Part shown: one piece after another, positions 23,889 through 32,322 of the stretch
Position numbering within the stretch: position 1 is the first letter of the stretch
Layout of the letters: every line of letters starts with the position of its first letter
The notes under the pieces: generated by a model
Told to the model about the DNA's origin: nothing
Seen by the model: the letters and a program-made list of their open reading frames with translations, nothing else
Databases searched by the model: none
Origin: Myxococcota bacterium
Lineage (GTDB): Bacteria; Myxococcota_A; UBA9160; JAFDDA01
Direction of reading: 5' to 3'
Assembly (NCBI GenBank): GCA_965228475.1
Contig: OZ245817.1
Location: forward strand, 2,516,209 to 2,580,208
Length of the DNA stretch: 64,000 nt
Translations under genes and position numbers: made by a program

Positions 23889-26800
23889 ATGCGCCTCCTC
23901 CTGCCCCTCCTGCTGACCCTGTTCGCTCTTCCCGCCCCGGCCCCCGCGGCGCCCGATTCGGGCGAGCTCGTCTATCTGAACGAAGGCAACCGCCTGCGGC
24001 GCTTCGACGTCGACACGCTCGGCCAGCGGCTTCCCGCCCAGGACGTCCTCGTCCAGCGCGAGGGGCCCGAGGGCCCGGGCGGAGGTGACGCCGGCGCGAC
24101 CCCGAACGGGAACGACATCAACGGGATGATCTGCCCGTTCCCGGACGGAAGCGGGCGCTTCGTCGCCGGTGAGGACACGCACCAGCCGACGCCGCCCGCA
24201 GGCTGGGGGATCTACGCGCCCGACGGCTCTCTGGTCGGCAAGATGACCCCCACCTATCCGACCGTCTCCCCCGAGACCTTCGGCTGCGGGTTCAACTCCG
24301 AGGGCCTCCTCTTCACGACCTCGACCGGCGACCCGGGCATCGGCTTCGGGAACGGGCAGCTGATCCTCTGGTTTCCGCCCTACGAGGGCTTCCCCGGCCC
24401 CCCGGGCGCCTACCCGGAGACGAACGCCCGGAGCGAGAACTTCTGCGTCCTCGCCAACGACATCGGCACCGCCACGGGCGTCGCGATCGACGACGACGAC
24501 AACGTCTACGTCGCTTCGGGCGGACTGCTCCGCGTCCTGCGCTTCGCGCCGCCCTTCCCGACCGGGCTCGGCCCGGGCGAAGGCTGCGAAGGCACCGACC
24601 CCCAGGGCTCCCCGATGGCCGACGCCGTGAACCGCTCCATCGCCGTCCAGGGAAACCTGGCCTCGCTCTACAGCACGTTCACGGGCCTCGCGATGGCACC
24701 GAACGGGAACCTCTACGCAGCGAGCATCATCAACGGGACGATCGGCGAGTTCCGGCTCGACACGGGCGACCCCTCCCAGGCCTCGACCTTCGTCCGTCAC
24801 ATCCTGCTGCCCACGGACCCGCCCTTCCCGTTCGAGACCGGCACGCCCCAGGGCCTCGCGGTGGGGGGCGACGGCAGCGTCTACTACGCCGACATCGACC
24901 TCGTCGGCACCTTCCCGAACCTCGGCCCGGGGCCGGACGGAAAGCTCCGCCGGATCCGCTTCGACGGGAGCGGTGACCCGCTCCCGCCCGAAACGATCCG
25001 GGACGGACTCGCCTTCCCGGACGGCGTGGCGGTCCTCCCGGGGCATCTGCCCTCGAAGGAGTGGCGCAGCTACGCGGGCGGTCCGGAGCGGCTCTTCCAC
25101 AACCCCGACGAGTTCATCCTCGGCGCGGCCCAGGCCGGCTCGCTCGTGCAGCGCTGGCGCTTCGAGACCGACGCCATCATCACCGCTTCGCCCATCGTGG
25201 CGCGCCTCGACGTTCCCGGAGAGGGCCCGCAGTCGATCGCGTTCATCCAATCCTGGGACGGGAACGTCTACGCCGTGCGCGTGAAGGACGGGACCGAACT
25301 CTGGCGGTTCGCCACGGAGCCCCAGCCCGGGGCGAACTTCCCGAACACCGGCTCCGCCCACGTCGAGAACGTCGACGGGCGCGAAACGGTCTTCATCGCC
25401 AGCGGACACCTGGCCTACGCCCTCGATGCGATCACCGGCGAGGAGATCTGGCGGTTCACGGCCGGCACGGGCTGCCGTGACGAGAACGGCGTGCCGCCCG
25501 GTGCGTGCACGATCGGAGGGGAGCGCAACGAGATCGAGACCTCGGCCATCGTCGCGGACGGGAAGGTCTACTTCGGGATGGACGTGAACGACACCGTGGG
25601 CGGCAAGGGCGGCTTCTTCGCCCTCGAGACGACCACCGGGCACCTCGCCTGGTTCTTCGACCTCGAGTCCGGGAAGACCTGCCGGCCCTTCCCGGGCGAT
25701 GAGATCGACCAGTTCGACGCCTACCACGACGCCGCCGATCTGAACCTCCCGGCGGACTTCTTCAGTACGCGGCCGGGCTGCGACTTCCCGCGCAGCCAGA
25801 CCGGCTGCGGCAACGTCTGGGCGACGCCCTCCTACGACGCGGGCCGCGACACCCTCTACGTCGCGGCGAGCAACTGCGACACGCGCACCGGGCCGGGGGA
25901 CGACCCGCGAAAGCCCGACCCGCCGATGCCCCCCTTCGACCTCTCGGTCTTCGCGATCACGGCGCAGGGGACCCCGACCTGGCGCTACCGCTCCTACGCC
26001 GTCGACAACGAGGACTTCGCCTTCGGCGCCTCGCCGAACCTGTTCTCGATCGACGTGCCGGGCCTCGGCTCCGTCGACGTGCTCGGCATCGGGCAGAAGG
26101 ACGGCCACTACCGGGTGCTTCCGCGCGACGGCGTGAACCCGCTGAGCGGGATCGACTGCACCGTGCTCGACGCCAACGGCGTCCCGGGCTGCGTCGACAC
26201 CAACCTCGGCGGAGCCCCGTCCGAGCCGGCCGACTTCCCCGAGTTCCCCTTCTGGGACACCCAGGTCGTCCCCGGCGGCCGCGCCGGGGGCGTGATCCTC
26301 ACCGCCGCCGCCAATCCGGTGGACCGGCGCATCGTCTTCAGCACGGCGCCGGGCTTCGACCCGCTGGCCCCTCAACAGCCGACGCTTCACATCCTCGACA
26401 TGGACACGGGCGACGTCGTGTGGGACGCGAGCCAGCTGCCCGTCCAGGACTCGGTCACCGAGAGCGCGAGCTTCGCACCGACGAGCACGGTCCCGGGCCT
26501 CGCCTTCTTCGGGACGGTGCCCTTCGACCTGCTCCGGGTGATCGCGACGGAAGACGACGACCCGCAGGAGGTCTTCGTCTATCCGCTTTCGGGCTTCCCG
26601 ATCTCCGGAGCGGCCTCGGGCGCCATCGTCGTGGACGGCACCGTGCTCGTCGGTCACGGCATCGGCGTCCGCGGGAACCCCCAGGACCAGGGGACCCTGA
26701 CCTCGAACATCCCCTCGGCCCTCGTGGCGCTGTGCGCCCCCGGCACGCCGGGCTGCGCGCCCTGCAACGACGGCATCGACAACGACCTGGACGGCCTCGT

Positions 26801-27944
26801 GGATGGCGACGACTCCGGCTGTACCGGCCCCGGGGATCTGAGCGAGCGCCCCGATTGCATGGACGGCCTCGACAACGACCACGACGGCCTCGATGACTGG
26901 CCGAGCGACCCCGGCTGCCGGAACCGCCTGCCGCGCTCCGTCGAGAGCCCCGCCTGCGACGACGGCATCGACAACGACGGCGACGGCGGGATCGACCGCG
27001 ACCCGGCGACCGGCGACCCCGACCTCCAGTGCGAGGCCGCCTGGGACGAGAGCGAAGGCGAGAGCAGCGGCCCGAGCTGCGGGCTCCTGGGCATCGAAGC
27101 GCTGGCCGCGCTCCTCTGGCTCCGCCGGCCGCGTGGACGGCGCCGCGCAAGCGCCCGGCTCGTCGCGGGCGCGACGCTCGGACTGCTTGCGGCCGGGCTG
27201 CCGGCCGGCCTGGCCGGAGCGGCCCCCATCCCCGTGAGCGTCGGCGTGACGCTCGGAGTCGAGTTCCCGGGCGCGACCCTCTTCACCGGCCCGGAACAGT
27301 TCGGCACCGTCACCGTCGATGCCACGGCCCGGACGGTGTCCCTGCCGGCGGGGGTCCTCTCGCTCTCGGGCACGGTCGCCGGCCAGGTCGGCTTCACGCT
27401 CCGAAACCCGGCGGGTACGTTCCGGCCGGGCGGTGCCTCGGCGGGCACGTGCCCCGGGCCGCTCGGCGGCCAGGGCGCCTGCATCCTCGGCGCCGCCGTC
27501 GGAGGCGGCTTCGGCGGGACGCTGCCGCTCTCGGGCACGGTCCGGATCCTGTCCGCGTCGGCGTCGCTCCCGGCGACGGCCATCGGCGCGGCGCGGACCG
27601 CCTCGGCCGCGGGGAACGTCCTCCAGGGAGCGCCCTTCACGACCCGGACCGCGGCGGTCACGACCACGGCCAACGGTTTCTGGACCACCGCCCGCGGCAA
27701 CCTTCCGGCAGGCTGGCTCACCGCTGCCGGCAACCCATCGGCACCGCCGGTCCAGAGCCTTCTTCTCGTGAGCCCGGTCCACGTCCAGCTCGCCGGGAGT
27801 GCATCCCCCGTGCCCGTTTTCGTGACCCTGTCGATTCGTGCGATACCCGAACCCGCCGCTGGGGCACTCATGCTGTGCGGCTGGCTCGCGCTCATGGCTA
27901 GCCTCCGGTGGCCGATGCTATGGTCCGCCGTTCTGCGAAGATGA
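23889..27944 (+). CDS. Giant secreted protein (1351 aa): NHL/SMP30-like and PQQ-like beta-propellers, three Cys-bounded acidic repeats, an internal sorting-signal-like TM/Arg module, a Gly/Ala/Thr-rich module, and a terminal PEP-CTERM
   Basis: Signal peptide MRLLLPLLLTLFALPAPAPAAP. Propeller repeats include DGNVYAVRVKDGTELWRF, GHLAYALDAITGEEIWRF and GGFFALETTTGHLAWFF. The C-terminus IPEPAAGALMLCGWLALMASLRW...LRR* is PEP-CTERM-like. Confidence 0.85.
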   Translation: MRLLLPLLLTLFALPAPAPAAPDSGELVYLNEGNRLRRFDVDTLGQRLPAQDVLVQREGPEGPGGGDAGATPNGNDINGMICPFPDGSGRFVAGEDTHQPTPPAGWGIYAPDGSLVGKMTPTYPTVSPETFGCGFNSEGLLFTTSTGDPGIGFGNGQLILWFPPYEGFPGPPGAYPETNARSENFCVLANDIGTATGVAIDDDDNVYVASGGLLRVLRFAPPFPTGLGPGEGCEGTDPQGSPMADAVNRSIAVQGNLASLYSTFTGLAMAPNGNLYAASIINGTIGEFRLDTGDPSQASTFVRHILLPTDPPFPFETGTPQGLAVGGDGSVYYADIDLVGTFPNLGPGPDGKLRRIRFDGSGDPLPPETIRDGLAFPDGVAVLPGHLPSKEWRSYAGGPERLFHNPDEFILGAAQAGSLVQRWRFETDAIITASPIVARLDVPGEGPQSIAFIQSWDGNVYAVRVKDGTELWRFATEPQPGANFPNTGSAHVENVDGRETVFIASGHLAYALDAITGEEIWRFTAGTGCRDENGVPPGACTIGGERNEIETSAIVADGKVYFGMDVNDTVGGKGGFFALETTTGHLAWFFDLESGKTCRPFPGDEIDQFDAYHDAADLNLPADFFSTRPGCDFPRSQTGCGNVWATPSYDAGRDTLYVAASNCDTRTGPGDDPRKPDPPMPPFDLSVFAITAQGTPTWRYRSYAVDNEDFAFGASPNLFSIDVPGLGSVDVLGIGQKDGHYRVLPRDGVNPLSGIDCTVLDANGVPGCVDTNLGGAPSEPADFPEFPFWDTQVVPGGRAGGVILTAAANPVDRRIVFSTAPGFDPLAPQQPTLHILDMDTGDVVWDASQLPVQDSVTESASFAPTSTVPGLAFFGTVPFDLLRVIATEDDDPQEVFVYPLSGFPISGAASGAIVVDGTVLVGHGIGVRGNPQDQGTLTSNIPSALVALCAPGTPGCAPCNDGIDNDLDGLVDGDDSGCTGPGDLSERPDCMDGLDNDHDGLDDWPSDPGCRNRLPRSVESPACDDGIDNDGDGGIDRDPATGDPDLQCEAAWDESEGESSGPSCGLLGIEALAALLWLRRPRGRRRASARLVAGATLGLLAAGLPAGLAGAAPIPVSVGVTLGVEFPGATLFTGPEQFGTVTVDATARTVSLPAGVLSLSGTVAGQVGFTLRNPAGTFRPGGASAGTCPGPLGGQGACILGAAVGGGFGGTLPLSGTVRILSASASLPATAIGAARTASAAGNVLQGAPFTTRTAAVTTTANGFWTTARGNLPAGWLTAAGNPSAPPVQSLLLVSPVHVQLAGSASPVPVFVTLSIRAIPEPAAGALMLCGWLALMASLRWPMLWSAVLRR

Positions 27945-27953
27945 GGGTCCGCG

Positions 27954-29777
27954 ATGAACATCCTGGGAATTTCCGCCTACTACCACGACAGTGCAGCCTG
28001 CCTGGTGCAGGACGGCCGCATCGTGGCAGCGGCCCAGGAGGAACGCTTCACCCGCAAGAAGCATGACGCGGAGTTCCCCGCCCATGCGATGCACTACTGC
28101 CTCGAAGAAGCGGGGATCGGCGTCGAGGACCTCGACCTCGTCGCCTTCTACGACAAGCCGCTCCTGAAGTTCGAGCGCATCCTCGAGACCTATCTTTCCT
28201 ACACGCCGCGCGGCTTCAAGCTCTTCATGATGGGCTTGCCCGTCTGGCTGAAGCAGAAGCTCCATACCCCTCGCGAGCTCGACAAGGGCCTCGGGGGCAA
28301 GTACGACGGCCGCTACGTCTTTCTCGAGCACCACGAGTCCCACGCCGCGAGCGCTTTCTTCCCCTCCCCCTACGACGAGGCGGTCATCCTGACCCTCGAC
28401 GGCGTCGGCGAGTGGGACACGGGCAGCATCGCCGTCGGCCGCGGCAACAAGATCGAGATGCTCGAGGAGCTGAAGTTCCCCCACTCCCTCGGCCTGCTCT
28501 ACTCCGCCTTCACCTACTTCACCGGCTTCCGGGTGAACAGCGGCGAGTACAAGCTCATGGGCCTGGCGCCCTACGGCGAGCCGATCTACGCCGACCGCAT
28601 CCGGGACAACTGCCTCGACATGAAGGAGGACGGCTCCTTCCGCATGAACATGGACTACTTCGCCTACACGCGGAAAGACGTCATGACGTCGGAGAAGATG
28701 GACTCTCTCTTCGACGGCCCGCCGCGGACGGCCGAGACCGAGATCACCCAGCGCGAAATGGACATCGCGGCTTCGATCCAGGTCGTGACCGAAGAGATCA
28801 TGCTGCGCATCGCGCGGCACGCCCACCGCAAGACGGGGATCGACAACCTCGTGATGGCCGGTGGCGTGGCGCTCAACTGCGTCGGCAACGGGAAGATCCT
28901 GCGCGAAGGCCCGTTCAAGAATCTCTGGATCCAGCCGGCCGCGGGCGACGCCGGCGGCGCGCTCGGCGCGGCCCTCTTCACCTGGCACCAGCTGCTCGAC
29001 AACCCCCGCGACAACGGGGGCAAGGACTCCCAGACCGGATCCCTCCTCGGCCCCCAGGCCAAGGAAGCCGACATCCGCTCCTTCCTCGATTCGGCGGGCG
29101 CCGTCTACCAGCACTACGACGAGGAAGAGAAGCTCTGCGACGCCGTGGCCGAGCTCATCGCCACCGAGAACGTCGTCGGGCACATGGGCGGACGCATGGA
29201 GTTCGGACCCCGCGCCCTCGGGAGCCGCTCCATCCTCGGCGATCCGCGCTCGCCGAAGATGCAGTCGGTGATGAACCTGAAGATCAAGTTCCGCGAGTCC
29301 TTCCGGCCCTTCGCTCCGGCCGTCCTCCAGGAGGACGTCCACGAGTGGTTCGACATGAAGCCCGGCCAGGAGAGCCCCTACATGCTCCTCGTCGCCCCGG
29401 TCCGCGAGGACAAGTGCAAGCCCGTCGACGACAGCAAGAGCGGGCTCGACAAGCTCAAGCAGGAGCGCTCGGTGCTGCCCGCGATCACCCACGTCGACTA
29501 CTCCGCGCGCGTGCAGACCGTCGACCCGGAACGCTACCCGCGCTTCTACGGCATCCTCAGCCGCTTCAAGGCCAAGACGGGCTGCGGCGTGATGATCAAC
29601 ACCAGCTTCAACGTCCGCGGCGAGCCGATCGTCTGCACCCCGGCGGACGCCTACCGCTGCTTCATGGGCACCAACATGGACGCCCTGGTGATCGAGAACT
29701 TCGTCCTGCGCAAAGAAGACCAGCCGGACGCCGACGTCGACCGCGAGGCCTACCTCGCGAAGTTCGACCTGGACTAG
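27954..29777 (+). CDS. Carbamoyltransferase (NodU/CmcH/SxtI family)
   Basis: MNILGISAYYHDSAACLVQDGRIVAAAQEERFTRKKHDAEFP, FLEHHESHAASAF, YKLMGLAPYGEP and INTSFNVRGEPIV are present. It starts 10 nt after the giant gene's stop, with SD GAGGG. Confidence 0.9.
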   Translation: MNILGISAYYHDSAACLVQDGRIVAAAQEERFTRKKHDAEFPAHAMHYCLEEAGIGVEDLDLVAFYDKPLLKFERILETYLSYTPRGFKLFMMGLPVWLKQKLHTPRELDKGLGGKYDGRYVFLEHHESHAASAFFPSPYDEAVILTLDGVGEWDTGSIAVGRGNKIEMLEELKFPHSLGLLYSAFTYFTGFRVNSGEYKLMGLAPYGEPIYADRIRDNCLDMKEDGSFRMNMDYFAYTRKDVMTSEKMDSLFDGPPRTAETEITQREMDIAASIQVVTEEIMLRIARHAHRKTGIDNLVMAGGVALNCVGNGKILREGPFKNLWIQPAAGDAGGALGAALFTWHQLLDNPRDNGGKDSQTGSLLGPQAKEADIRSFLDSAGAVYQHYDEEEKLCDAVAELIATENVVGHMGGRMEFGPRALGSRSILGDPRSPKMQSVMNLKIKFRESFRPFAPAVLQEDVHEWFDMKPGQESPYMLLVAPVREDKCKPVDDSKSGLDKLKQERSVLPAITHVDYSARVQTVDPERYPRFYGILSRFKAKTGCGVMINTSFNVRGEPIVCTPADAYRCFMGTNMDALVIENFVLRKEDQPDADVDREAYLAKFDLD

Positions 29778-29780
29778 CCG

Positions 29781-30227
29781 ATGGCGAAGATGGTCGAAAT
29801 CGATTGGAACCCGGATCCGGGAACCCTGCGCCAGTTCGGCTGGGTGGCTCTCGTGGGCTTCTCGCTGATCGCCCTTCTGGCGCACCAGGAGTGGCTGATC
29901 TTCGCTTTCGGCCTCGGCGATGCGCGAATGAAGGTGGTCGTGGGCCTGCTCGCCGTCGGCGCCCTCGCCGCCCTGATCGGCCTCGTCTACCCGAAGGCCA
30001 ACAAGCCCCTCTTCATCGGCCTGACGCTCCTGGCCTTCCCGATCGGGTTCGTACTCTCGTACGTCATCATGATCACCCTGTTCTTCGTGATCATCGCGCC
30101 GATCGGGATCCTCATGCGCCTCGCCGGACGGGATCCGATGGAGCGTGAGATCGACCCGAACGCCGAGAGCTATTGGACGCCGGCCAAACCCGCGCCGCCC
30201 AACAGCCGCTACTTCCGCCAGTTCTAG
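29781..30227 (+). CDS. SxtJ-like small polytopic membrane protein
   Basis: 148 aa with about 4 hydrophobic helices, N-terminus LRQFGWVALVGFSLIALL, and a position immediately after the carbamoyltransferase, as in the sxtI-J-K arrangement (recalled, not searched). Confidence 0.65.
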   Translation: MAKMVEIDWNPDPGTLRQFGWVALVGFSLIALLAHQEWLIFAFGLGDARMKVVVGLLAVGALAALIGLVYPKANKPLFIGLTLLAFPIGFVLSYVIMITLFFVIIAPIGILMRLAGRDPMEREIDPNAESYWTPAKPAPPNSRYFRQF

Positions 30228-30268
30228 GGCACCACGCCCTCCCCAAACTTCCACTCCGGGAGCCCGAC

Positions 30269-30466
30269 ATGTCCGATCAAGACGCGAAAGACTTCATCGC
30301 CGAAGCCAAGGAAGAGCGCAGCGGGCTCGTTGGCGAGTTCACCGACTTCCTGCGAGAGAACAAGAAGTGGTGGCTCGCGCCCATCATCGTCTCGATCCTG
30401 GCCCTGGGGGCTCTCGTGCTCCTCGGCGGGACGGCCGCGGCGCCCTTCATCTACACGCTCTTCTAG
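30269..30466 (+). CDS. DUF5989/SxtK-like single-TM mini-protein (65 aa)
   Basis: MSDQDAKDFIAEAKEERSGLVGEFTDFLRENKKWWLAPIIVSILALGALVLLGG: an amphipathic N-terminus plus one TM helix. It is the third member of the triad. Confidence 0.6.
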   Translation: MSDQDAKDFIAEAKEERSGLVGEFTDFLRENKKWWLAPIIVSILALGALVLLGGTAAAPFIYTLF

Positions 30467-30546
30467 AGCCGGTCTCAAAACTGTGAAGCGGGCTCGGCCC
30501 TCCTGGGCGGGCCGGACCCGCAGGAGATTTCTGAGACGGGCTCTAG
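30463..30546. repeat. Long-range 15-nt inverted repeat enclosing nested GC hairpins between convergent operons
   Basis: CTAGAGCCGGTCTCA (30463-30477) pairs with TGAGACGGGCTCTAG (30532-30546) at 14 of 15 positions. An inner CTCCTG...CAGGAG stem is present, and an adjacent perfect hairpin GCGGCCC ggaa GGGCCGC (30555-30572) abuts the EpsI-like stop. Confidence 0.6.
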
Positions 30547-30571
30547 CCGCGGGAGCGGCCCGGAAGGGCCG

Positions 30572-31219
30572 CTAGCGAGCTTCGTCCGGGAAGCAGGCGT
30601 CGCGCTGGTGCCGGTAGGCGGCGATCAGCCAGTCGCGCGTCTTTTCCCGGGCCACGGAGAGCTTGCCCGGCATGACGGGGCCCCCCGCGATCAGCAGCGT
30701 CAGCGGACGCGTGGCGTCGAGCACGAGTTCGGGAGCCCGCTTGAGCTGGGCCAGGCTCGGGTGCCGGACCGGCTCGCCTCCGAAGACGAACAGGTAGCTC
30801 GCGACGGCTCGGCGGCCGTTCGCGCGGTCGATGATGGTCTGGATCGGGAGCGTCTTGCCGTCGACCTCGACGTGTTCGACCTCCCGCTGCCCGGCCTCGA
30901 ACTGCCCGAGCAGGATGCCCGGCGGACGCGTGTAGAGCCGGATCGCATCGAAGGAGCGCACCAGCGCTCCGCGCAGCTCGACGCCCCGCTCGCCGATGTC
31001 GATCTCCGCCTGGGTCCACTGGGGCACGTCCTCGTCGTACCTCTCGAGGCGTTCGGAAAAGGTCCGGGTGAACGGCAGGCCCTTGATCTCGAGCGCCCGC
31101 TCGGGGTCCTGGCAGTCATCGTGGCGGCGCACCTCGAAGCGTGCGACCGCCAGCGGCGCGAGCAGCACCCCGACCGCCACGAGAAGCCACGGCGCGTGGC
31201 GGCCCGACAGATGGATCAT
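30572..31219 (-). CDS. Exosortase-associated EpsI-like single-TM protein (215 aa)
   Basis: ATGA overlap with the exosortase stop, an N-terminal anchor PWLLVAVGVLLAPLAVA, and the size and position of EpsI. Sequence-level similarity was not verified. Confidence 0.5.
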   Translation of the reverse strand: MIHLSGRHAPWLLVAVGVLLAPLAVARFEVRRHDDCQDPERALEIKGLPFTRTFSERLERYDEDVPQWTQAEIDIGERGVELRGALVRSFDAIRLYTRPPGILLGQFEAGQREVEHVEVDGKTLPIQTIIDRANGRRAVASYLFVFGGEPVRHPSLAQLKRAPELVLDATRPLTLLIAGGPVMPGKLSVAREKTRDWLIAAYRHQRDACFPDEAR

Positions 31220-32322
31220 GCCAGGGCTTCGCGCAGGTTGTCGCGGTCCGACACCATGAACAGGACGAGCAGCACGAGCCAGAACGTCGCGACGCCCGAG
31301 GCACCGTGGAACGCGGTGTCGAGCAGGTCCGAACCGAACCAGTGCGCCGCGACGACCAGCAGGAAGACCCGCAGCGTGTTGCAGAGCAGCGCCAGCGGCC
31401 ACGCCGCCACCAGCAGCGCCAGGCGGCGCCAGTTCGAGCGCGCATAGCGAGCGAGGATCAAGGAGAGCCCGACCGCGGCGTAGAGGGTCGAGAAGCCGCT
31501 ACAGGCGTCGGCGACCAGGAAGGTCTCCTTCGGCAGGACCAGGAGCGTGTCCTCGCGAAGCACGGGGATCCCCACGAACCGGATCATGGGCTCGACGAGC
31601 TGCGCCGTCCAGCTGCGCAGGAACAGGTGCGCGCCCATCATGTTCGGGATCGGGATCATGAACACGCCGAGCAGGAGCGGCATCGCGAGCATCCGCGTTC
31701 GACGGATGCCGAGCAGCAGCAGCGAGAGCCCGGGCAGCAGAAAGACGAAGCCGACCGCAGCCAGGTACGCGGTCCGCAGCGCGAAGTCCGCCGAGGCCGC
31801 CAGCAGCGCGGGTACGACCAGCGCCAGGCCCCAGAGTGACCCCTCGGGCCGCTCGGGATGCGGATCTGCGCGCAGCGCGTTGGCCGCGAGGTAGGCCATC
31901 AGAAAGGGCATGAAGAGCCCGTGCCCGTTCTCCCAGATGTTCCCGGTCCACTTGTCGTAGAGGAAGACGAAGGTCGGCGCGAAGAAGACGACCAGCAGCA
32001 CCAGGGCCAACCAGACCATCGGCGAAATCGAGCGGGCTGGGACGCCGAAGATCGGTGCGTCCGCGGGCGTCTCCTCGACCGGGTCCCACCACAGGCGCCA
32101 CGCCGCCACGCCGATCGCCGTTCCCACGCCGGCGATCAGTTTCACCACGAGCTCCTGGGGCACGAAGGGACTGACGGCGATGGTCACGCCGGCGACGGCG
32201 GCGAGCACGAGAGTCCGGAGCGGTTCCTGGCGCAGCAAGGGACTCCCTGGGATGAAGGGCTCGGGCCGGGGACATCGGGAAACGCCGCCACGGCCCGACC
32301 CGGCCGCGCGGAGCTCGCGCAC
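31216..32322 (-). CDS. Exosortase (polytopic membrane transpeptidase)
   Basis: NGHGLFMPF, FLVADACSGFSTLYAAV (catalytic Cys context) and CNTLRVFLLVVAAHWFG (Arg/His context) are present in a multi-TM protein. The start is uncertain: GTG 32322 gives 368 aa, ATG 32019 gives 267 aa. Confidence 0.8.
   Translation of the reverse strand: MRELRAAGSGRGGVSRCPRPEPFIPGSPLLRQEPLRTLVLAAVAGVTIAVSPFVPQELVVKLIAGVGTAIGVAAWRLWWDPVEETPADAPIFGVPARSISPMVWLALVLLVVFFAPTFVFLYDKWTGNIWENGHGLFMPFLMAYLAANALRADPHPERPEGSLWGLALVVPALLAASADFALRTAYLAAVGFVFLLPGLSLLLLGIRRTRMLAMPLLLGVFMIPIPNMMGAHLFLRSWTAQLVEPMIRFVGIPVLREDTLLVLPKETFLVADACSGFSTLYAAVGLSLILARYARSNWRRLALLVAAWPLALLCNTLRVFLLVVAAHWFGSDLLDTAFHGASGVATFWLVLLVLFMVSDRDNLREALA

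Noticed and set aside
21978-27782. 1934-aa ORF on the minus strand, the longest in the track
   Set aside because: It is antisense to two well-supported secreted-protein genes. The translation is Arg/Gly/Asp/Ala/Pro-rich with no motifs. This is a typical stop-codon-poor shadow frame of very GC-rich coding DNA.
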